UHGV virus genome: UHGV-1355377
From: a virus
Length of the DNA stretch: 41,184 nucleotides
Direction: 5' to 3' (one strand)
The translations under genes were made by a program, and so were the position numbers. Numbering within the stretch: position 1 is the first letter of the stretch; the number at the start of each line of letters is the position of its first letter. This document shows, piece by piece, positions 35,922-41,184 of the stretch. The notes under the pieces are model-generated. The model worked only from the letters and a program-made list of their open reading frames with translations. It was not told the DNA's origin and searched no databases.

Positions 35922-37880
35922 ATGGCTATTGAACAAATCAAAGAAACAGATACGCTGAATCAAGGTCGAATTAAAATTAATGCGATCTTGGATCAATCAA
36001 ACGCTTCATCTGAAAAAGTAGATGCGTATCAAGAAGAATTAAAAAACGGTGTTGATGATGCAAAGAAAATAGCTGATACCGCTGGTAAAGAGGCAATCAA
36101 AGTTGCTGAAGAAGCAGGGGCTCAAGCAAATGCAACGGCGAATCAAGCGATGGATAATGCTAATACGGCAATTACGATTGCAGGAAATGCAGTTTCAACG
36201 GCAAATAATAATAAACAAGAATTCGATGCTCTAAGAAATGATTTTGACAAGTTGGTCGGTGAAGCAGGTGATAGTAACCCTGAAATCGTACAAGCTAGAA
36301 CAGACACTCAAGGAGTAACGCAACCGACATTAGCGACTCGATTACTGGTTGATTTTAACGATCGTATGACTAAATCGGAAGGTGTATCATTACTGTCAGG
36401 AACAACAAATGTAAAAATTCCTATGGATTTTTCTGGGAAAACGGCAGGTAATACAGCAACTAATGCGCATCAATATTTTACGGATGTAACTGCTAAATCG
36501 CTAAAAAAACCAAAAGATATATGGAATGAAGTTTCTCAAGCAGAATACAATAAATTAGTAAGCCGTGATGATTCTGGAGTAAGTAGTGGTTCAACACAAA
36601 CTGGAGTTATCCCACAACAGTTAGGTTCATTCAATGCTTTAGAAGCTGCAAAAAAATTAATTCCTCAAATTTTCGAAGGATTAAATCAAGAAGAAGCGGT
36701 ATCTTTATTAAAAGATAGCTTTGTAGCGTTCACTATTAGCGAACGTGCTAAAGCAACTTCGCCAAACAACAAAACAATTAAAGTTTCTACTTACATTGAG
36801 TCAACAGATTCATGGGCAACTCAAATACAAGAAAGCGCTGGAGAGTATAAAGATATATCAGCGCAAATAACAGACAAAAATTTCATTACTAGCGAAGGGG
36901 TTATATATCTAATTAATTATACAGATCCATCGAATGGAGTAACAACAGCTAATTTAGATATAGACTATTCAGCTATTCAATTAGAAATTAGTGTTAATGT
37001 TCAAGACGTTTTAGAAAAAAGTGGGTTTGTTAAATCAAAACAATTAAATGATCATGTAGACGATAAAGAAAATCCACATCAAGTGACAGCTGAGCAAGTG
37101 GGAGCATATAGCAAGACTGATTCTACTGATCTATTTATTAACAAAACTGAAGCAGAAAATGGATTGTTTGTTGCTAAAAAAACAGTTGTTAACTCGCAAG
37201 ATTGGGATAAAATTCTAGATGCAGGTATTTACACCGTTTTTGGAGCTTCTGGAGCAAACAGACCTTATTCGGGTGCAGCTTATGGTGCTTTAGTTGTTTA
37301 TGCTGATAATACATTTGTAAGTCAAACGTATATGTATAAAGGCGAAACATATACCCGTAGTCGTCAAGGTAGTCCAGCAACTTGGACATCATGGAATAAA
37401 ATGCTTGTGGAAAAAGAACAACCTTTTGAAGCTTGGTATTCACCTGGCACTAATCATGTTGGATTCAAAAATAAGGCAAGATACAACTTAGGACCAGAAT
37501 TTAGCAACGTAGGGCAACGACTTGGATTACCTATGAAAAGTAATCCCTTAGAATGGAATAGTGGTCGATGGCAAGCAAAAGTGCTTAGAGACTGCAAGTT
37601 AAATGTAAGTGGAACTGTTAAATATCAAGTTGGCGGTTCGAGAGGTGTTCTATATGCTTATACTCATATAGATAAGGGACTAGATGAAGGTGTAGGTGAC
37701 TTAGGTATTGGATCAGCAGTCGGAGCTGTTGGCGGTTTGAATTATCAAAATTTCGCAGCCTTTGACTTAAACGTCACACTAAAAAAAGGCGAGTATTTTG
37801 CGTTTCGTTTAGAATTAGCAGCAGATAAGCAACTTGATAATACGCAACTTTCTTCTATGCATATTACAGAATTAGTATAG
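35922..37880 (+). CDS. Tail fibre / receptor-binding protein
   Basis: About 650 aa; N-terminal A/E/K coiled coil, C-terminal Gly/aromatic-rich domain. Last structural gene before the holin. Confidence 0.6.
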   Translation: MAIEQIKETDTLNQGRIKINAILDQSNASSEKVDAYQEELKNGVDDAKKIADTAGKEAIKVAEEAGAQANATANQAMDNANTAITIAGNAVSTANNNKQEFDALRNDFDKLVGEAGDSNPEIVQARTDTQGVTQPTLATRLLVDFNDRMTKSEGVSLLSGTTNVKIPMDFSGKTAGNTATNAHQYFTDVTAKSLKKPKDIWNEVSQAEYNKLVSRDDSGVSSGSTQTGVIPQQLGSFNALEAAKKLIPQIFEGLNQEEAVSLLKDSFVAFTISERAKATSPNNKTIKVSTYIESTDSWATQIQESAGEYKDISAQITDKNFITSEGVIYLINYTDPSNGVTTANLDIDYSAIQLEISVNVQDVLEKSGFVKSKQLNDHVDDKENPHQVTAEQVGAYSKTDSTDLFINKTEAENGLFVAKKTVVNSQDWDKILDAGIYTVFGASGANRPYSGAAYGALVVYADNTFVSQTYMYKGETYTRSRQGSPATWTSWNKMLVEKEQPFEAWYSPGTNHVGFKNKARYNLGPEFSNVGQRLGLPMKSNPLEWNSGRWQAKVLRDCKLNVSGTVKYQVGGSRGVLYAYTHIDKGLDEGVGDLGIGSAVGAVGGLNYQNFAAFDLNVTLKKGEYFAFRLELAADKQLDNTQLSSMHITELV

Positions 37881-37902
37881 AGATTGAATTTTAAAATGAA
37901 GC

Positions 37903-37930
37903 CGTTTAGCAAAAAGCTAAGCGGTTTTTA
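37903..37930 (+). terminator. Terminator CCGTTTAGC-aaaa-AGCTAAGCGG + TTTTTATT
   Basis: 9-bp stem with one G-U, then a T-run, between the fibre and holin genes. Confidence 0.55.
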
Positions 37931-37949
37931 TTATTGGAAGGTGGAAAAT

Positions 37950-38354
37950 ATGGTGATTATTGATAATCAAGCGTTGATACTAGAATTCAAGAATATGATT
38001 TCTAACGGTTTTATTCAGGTGTTTGTCTGGATTGTGTTAGGGGATATCTTAACAGGGTTATGTAAAGGTATTTTCATTAAGGAAGGAAATAGCACAAAAG
38101 GATTGCTAGGATTAGTAAAACATTTACTAGTGGTCTGCTTAATAAGCGTTGCCTATCCATACTTGAAAATCATGGGTTTAGAATCGATCGCTACTGGATT
38201 TGTCTTATTTTATATAGCAGTGTATGGCATTTCCATTATTGAAAACTTAGGGCAGTTAGGCGTTCCCTTTCCTTCATGGGTTAAGGAACATTTAAGTAAA
38301 TTAAAAGATGAAAATGATAAAGGTGGTGAACCTAAAGATGGTGCAAGTGATTAA
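37950..38354 (+). CDS. Holin
   Basis: Two or three TM segments and a charged C-terminus. GGAAGGTGGAAAAT before ATG 37950. Overlaps the endolysin start. Confidence 0.65.
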   Translation: MVIIDNQALILEFKNMISNGFIQVFVWIVLGDILTGLCKGIFIKEGNSTKGLLGLVKHLLVVCLISVAYPYLKIMGLESIATGFVLFYIAVYGISIIENLGQLGVPFPSWVKEHLSKLKDENDKGGEPKDGASD

Positions 38355-39189
38355 TCAATCTGTTTGCAGTGGGATTGCTGGTAGGCGTCCTGGAGCATTC
38401 CCAAAAGGTGTTGTTATTCATAATGATGCTGGAAGTATTCATGCGACTGCGGCACAATATGTCAATGCCTTGGCTGTAATGTCTCCTACACAACTGGCGA
38501 ATGGCTTTGCTCATTATTATATTGATCGAAATACAATTGCACGTGTAGAAGATACATTCAATGCAGCATGGCACACAGCGAATCCAGATGGGAATTTGAA
38601 CTATGTTGGCTATGAAGTATGTCAATCAATGGGTGCTAGCGATGCCGATTTTTTAGCTAATGAACAAATGACATTTAAACAAGTTGCTGAAGATATGAAG
38701 TTTTGGGGCATGCAACCAAATCGAAGCACTGTTCGATTGCACAAAGAATTTGTTCCAACTGCATGTCCGCATAGATCATGGGAATTGCATGGTCGAGATG
38801 TTAATGCTGTGAAAGATTATTTTATCAGCCAAATCAAGAAGTATATGGGTAACAGTGGGAACTCTGATTTGGGTTCAAACAACAGTAATTCAAACAATAA
38901 CAACCAAAATAATAATAGTAAAGGTGGAGAAGTGACTATGTTTTGTACTTACGAAAGACCAATTAATAGTAAAACAGGAAAACTAGAAGATAATGGGGAT
39001 CATTGGGCAACATTCTTTTGTAATGGTGTGACTTGTAAACGGATGTATCATCCAGACGAAATTCATATTATCAAAGAAGTATATCGTAAGAATAATGGCA
39101 AGGAAATGCCTAGCTACGATAGAAAGATGTGGCCAAAAAATGCGCCATGGTATAAACGACTAGAATCAGTTTTTCCAGTAACTAAATAA
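38338..39189 (+). CDS. Endolysin, N-acetylmuramoyl-L-alanine amidase (Amidase_2/PGRP fold) with C-terminal binding domain
   Basis: GVVIHNDAGS...AAQYVNAL...HYYID...CPHRSWELHG resembles amidase_2 Zn-site blocks. N/S-rich linker then C-terminal domain. GGTGG SD before ATG 38338. Confidence 0.7.
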   Translation: MVQVINQSVCSGIAGRRPGAFPKGVVIHNDAGSIHATAAQYVNALAVMSPTQLANGFAHYYIDRNTIARVEDTFNAAWHTANPDGNLNYVGYEVCQSMGASDADFLANEQMTFKQVAEDMKFWGMQPNRSTVRLHKEFVPTACPHRSWELHGRDVNAVKDYFISQIKKYMGNSGNSDLGSNNSNSNNNNQNNNSKGGEVTMFCTYERPINSKTGKLEDNGDHWATFFCNGVTCKRMYHPDEIHIIKEVYRKNNGKEMPSYDRKMWPKNAPWYKRLESVFPVTK

Positions 39190-39198
39190 CAAATTGTA

Positions 39199-39231
39199 GC
39201 CTACTCTTTTTAAAAGAAGTAGGCTTTTTTC
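39199..39231 (+). terminator. Terminator AGCCTACTC-tttttaaaagaa-GTAGGCT + TTTTTT
   Basis: Stem-loop plus T-run after the lysin gene. Confidence 0.6.
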
Positions 39232-39271
39232 ATTTTTAGGAGTATACTTTTATAGAAAGAAGTGTGATTTT

Positions 39272-39463
39272 ATGATTGAAAATTCTTATGAAGAAAAATT
39301 AGAGCAGCTGAAAAAAGGAGAAATAGAGTCTTTGTATATCGAAAGAGAAGAGTTCGATTTGTTTAATGCAGCAAGAATCGTTAGAGACGATAAGAAATTT
39401 TTCCGAGGTGAAGCACATCTCGGTGGTAATGTAACCTATTTTTACGATACTACTGTTGTTTAA
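39272..39463 (+). CDS. Small hypothetical protein (possible partner of downstream GNAT-like gene)
   Basis: 63-aa ORF; tightly linked upstream of 39492..39974. Confidence 0.4.
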   Translation: MIENSYEEKLEQLKKGEIESLYIEREEFDLFNAARIVRDDKKFFRGEAHLGGNVTYFYDTTVV

Positions 39464-39491
39464 AATAAAACTATTTTAGAGGTGACTATAT

Positions 39492-39974
39492 ATGATTAGC
39501 GAAAAACTAGTTAAAAGCTTTGGGTTTCCAGAGTCATTAAAGGACCTGAATTTATCGTATTGCTTTGACGATGAATTAGGCGATGAATTAGTTATGGGAA
39601 GTGGATGTCATTGCAAACAGACAAGTGCAAAATTTTTCCTGTATAATCCTCAAAATCACGATACTGTGTTCACTATGGATTTTGGAATAAAACAAGGTTC
39701 TAATAGAAGAAATCCATTTGGCGGAAAAGTTATAGATGAATCCCACGTATATATTTTTCATATTAAAACCAATGCAAAATATAGAAAAACGGGTATTGCT
39801 TCGTATTATATCAGTAAAGTAGTAGAATTTACTGAATCTTGTGGTATGAATATTGTTGCTTTAGATGTTGCACCAAGCACAAGCGATACGAAGAATGTAA
39901 TAGGGGACAAGAATGAACTACAGGCATTCTATGAAAGATTCTCAAATGAAACTGTAAAAATTATTTGTGTTTAA
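39492..39974 (+). CDS. GNAT-like acetyltransferase-fold protein
   Basis: VYIFHIKTNAKYRKTGIASYYISKVVEFTESCGMNIVALDV fits GNAT motif A (R-x-x-G-x-A). Strong RBS AGAGGTGACTATATATG. Confidence 0.4.
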   Translation: MISEKLVKSFGFPESLKDLNLSYCFDDELGDELVMGSGCHCKQTSAKFFLYNPQNHDTVFTMDFGIKQGSNRRNPFGGKVIDESHVYIFHIKTNAKYRKTGIASYYISKVVEFTESCGMNIVALDVAPSTSDTKNVIGDKNELQAFYERFSNETVKIICV

Positions 39975-39979
39975 GATAA

Positions 39980-40010
39980 AACTATCGCCATATAAGCGAT
40001 AGTTTTTTAA
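39980..40010. terminator. Bidirectional-type terminator AAAACTATCGC-catataa-GCGATAGTTTTTT
   Basis: 11-bp perfect stem flanked by an A-run and a T-run. Confidence 0.65.
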
Positions 40011-40242
40011 TCTACACTGAGTTCTGATTGCTTATTAATTTCCATTTCTAAATTAATTGATTGCTTTAAAAGTTTAAACATTTTTTGTGCATCAGATGTT
40101 TTTTTAAACTTCCATTTTATGCATCCAGTACCGTTCTCAAATATGATAGTTTTGTCGATTATAATTACATACTGATCCATTTTATCCCTCCTACAAATAA
40201 AATACGCAAAAAAGAAATATTTTTATTTTTATTGCTCACTTC

Positions 40243-40271
40243 TTGCTAAAAAGAACAAATGTTCGTATAAT
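40243..40271 (+). promoter_or_regulatory. Consensus sigma-A promoter TTGCTA-17-TATAAT
   Basis: TTGCTA at 40243-48, 17-bp spacer, TATAAT at 40266-71. Drives the right-end moron gene. Confidence 0.6.
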
Positions 40272-40296
40272 GTTTTCGATAGGAGAGTGTGAAGAA

Positions 40297-40782
40297 ATGG
40301 TGAGACGAACTAAAAAAGAGTTTAAACCTTACAATGAGTATGTTGACAGGCCATTCGAATTAAAGTGGCCAACGGCGTTTCCGTTAGGCGAATTAACTGA
40401 AGCGATAAAGAGCACTGATGAATATCACGCTCGCAATATTGAGAGACTGCCGCAGCAATCACAGCGACAAATAGAATATTTTTTAGATCGCTCTATTAAG
40501 CAAAACAAAGTGCTAGAGGTTCAATTGAATTCGTTAGATGAATATGACCGCGTAAAACCACACGTTTGCGGTGTTTTTCGGGGAATGGCTGAGTTTGATG
40601 TTGTTCTTATTGGTGAACAAGAAATCGATTTTTACGACATAAGACATATTCAGATTCATAACTTCACGAAATGGAGTGAAGAGCATGTGACTGAAGAAAA
40701 TCCATTCGACGAAGAACAAGAACGCTGTGAAACAATAGATGAATTCGTAGATGAATATTTTGATGATGAATGGATAGAATAA
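40297..40782 (+). CDS. Acidic hypothetical moron protein with own promoter
   Basis: Start ATG 40297 after GGAGAGTGTGAAG. The track ORF start at 40243 overlaps the promoter. Very acidic C-terminus. Confidence 0.5.
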   Translation: MVRRTKKEFKPYNEYVDRPFELKWPTAFPLGELTEAIKSTDEYHARNIERLPQQSQRQIEYFLDRSIKQNKVLEVQLNSLDEYDRVKPHVCGVFRGMAEFDVVLIGEQEIDFYDIRHIQIHNFTKWSEEHVTEENPFDEEQERCETIDEFVDEYFDDEWIE

Positions 40783-40818
40783 TAAAACCCCAACTCTTAT
40801 CTTGAGTTGGGGTTTTAT
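40783..40818. terminator. Bidirectional terminator AAACCCCAACTC-ttatct-TGAGTTGGGGTTT between convergent genes
   Basis: 12-bp stem, A-run upstream and T-run downstream. Confidence 0.65.
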
Positions 40819-40819
40819 T

Positions 40820-41068
40820 TTATACAAGTACCAAAGATTTTCGGACAAGTATTTTATCAATTACTAATTGCTTTCGTTTGTTTTGATGGCCAAAAACGGC
40901 GAGCTCAGTTCCTTCAACAGTCATTAATAATAAATTTGCTAGCTCTTGCTTTGAGACAATACAATTGACAGTCTCATTATGCGTGACTAAAGAAAACCTA
41001 ACTAGCATTTTTGGGTACATGCTTAGCATTCTAATCTTTTCAACTACTCCTACATAATTAGTTTTCAT
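40820..41068 (-). CDS. Small protein under an SOS-box-containing promoter
   Basis: Start at ATG 41068 with GGAGG SD 8 nt upstream (MKTNYVGVVEK...). Minus-strand promoter TAGACA-18-TATAAT overlaps the Cheo box. Confidence 0.5.
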   Translation of the reverse strand: MKTNYVGVVEKIRMLSMYPKMLVRFSLVTHNETVNCIVSKQELANLLLMTVEGTELAVFGHQNKRKQLVIDKILVRKSLVLV

Positions 41069-41098
41069 TATATCGCCCTCCTGATAATACAATTATAC

Positions 41099-41112
41099 CG
41101 AATGTACGTTCG
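41099..41112. promoter_or_regulatory. LexA/DinR (Cheo) box-like CGAATGTACGTTCG
   Basis: Matches the Firmicute SOS box CGAAC-N4-GTTCG at 12 of 14 positions. Overlaps the promoter of the minus-strand 82-aa gene. Confidence 0.45.
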
Positions 41113-41157
41113 TGTTGTCTATCGTTTTACACAACTGTAATATTTTGGGAGGAAGGG

Positions 41158-41169
41158 GCAAAAAAGGGG
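41158..41169. repeat. Candidate attR core AAAAAAGGGGCA
   Basis: Exact copy of 171-182. Confidence 0.45.
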
Positions 41170-41184
41170 CAAAAGTTGTAAAAG

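Noticed and set aside
40007-40178. Apparent minus-strand small ORF with good AGGAGG RBS in the gap 39975-40242
   Set aside because: Careful re-translation shows an in-frame TGA after 13 codons (ATCATTTGA). My first reading had inserted a base. No real ORF; the gap holds only the bidirectional terminator.
1-41184. CRISPR arrays, retron (RT + msr/msd), or other RT-based systems
   Set aside because: No regularly spaced short direct repeats and no reverse-transcriptase-like ORF anywhere in the six-frame track.

Overview
The window reads as a complete temperate siphovirus prophage of about 41 kb from a low-GC Firmicute (Enterococcus/Listeria-like gene content; host not determinable from sequence alone). 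A 12-bp direct repeat AAAAAAGGGGCA at 171-182 and 41158-41169 brackets it and is a candidate attL/attR.

Gene order, left to right:
- Lysogeny module on the minus strand: tyrosine integrase, small basic Xis-like protein, Ltp-like lipoprotein, ImmA-type metalloprotease, XRE/ImmR-type repressor.
- Divergent operator region with repeated GTTCATGAAC half-sites, then cro-like gene and Rha antirepressor.
- Early/replication genes: ERF recombinase, HNH-like protein, DnaD-like replisome organiser, MazG.
- An unusual inserted cassette at 10.3-14.4 kb (described below).
- YopX and small early genes, then the ArpU late regulator.
- About 800 bp of ORF-free structured sequence ending in a tRNA-like gene (anticodon UUC).
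- A hotspot cargo gene, then TerS/TerL, portal, minor head protein, scaffold, major capsid, connectors, major tail, Big_2 Ig-like protein, G/GT chaperones, tape measure, Dit, Tal, fibre, holin, amidase endolysin.
- Right-end morons: a GNAT-like pair, an acidic protein with its own consensus promoter, and an SOS-box-controlled small gene.

Most interesting observations:
1. The 10.3-14.4 kb cassette: small ORF, truncated C5-cytosine MTase catalytic domain, HsdM-like N6-adenine MTase, a second internal tyrosine recombinase, a Myb-like/HTH protein, then a 235-bp element with a 29-31 bp closing inverted repeat around a lox/dif-like palindrome. Each MTase gene is preceded by a paralogous about 47-nt nested-palindrome element showing compensatory substitutions.
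2. A conserved about 21-aa peptide is encoded in the -1 frame directly after the stop codons of both the major capsid and the major tail genes. The slippery heptamer G_GGA_AAG used by the G/GT chaperones recurs at the major tail stop, and hairpins lie downstream. The major tail extension is in frame with the downstream Ig-like ORF, separated by a single TAA.
3. The large structured intergenic region plus tRNA between arpU and terS is a candidate for an ornate large phage ncRNA (GOLLD/ROOL-like).

All calls come from reading the sequence; no database searches were possible.
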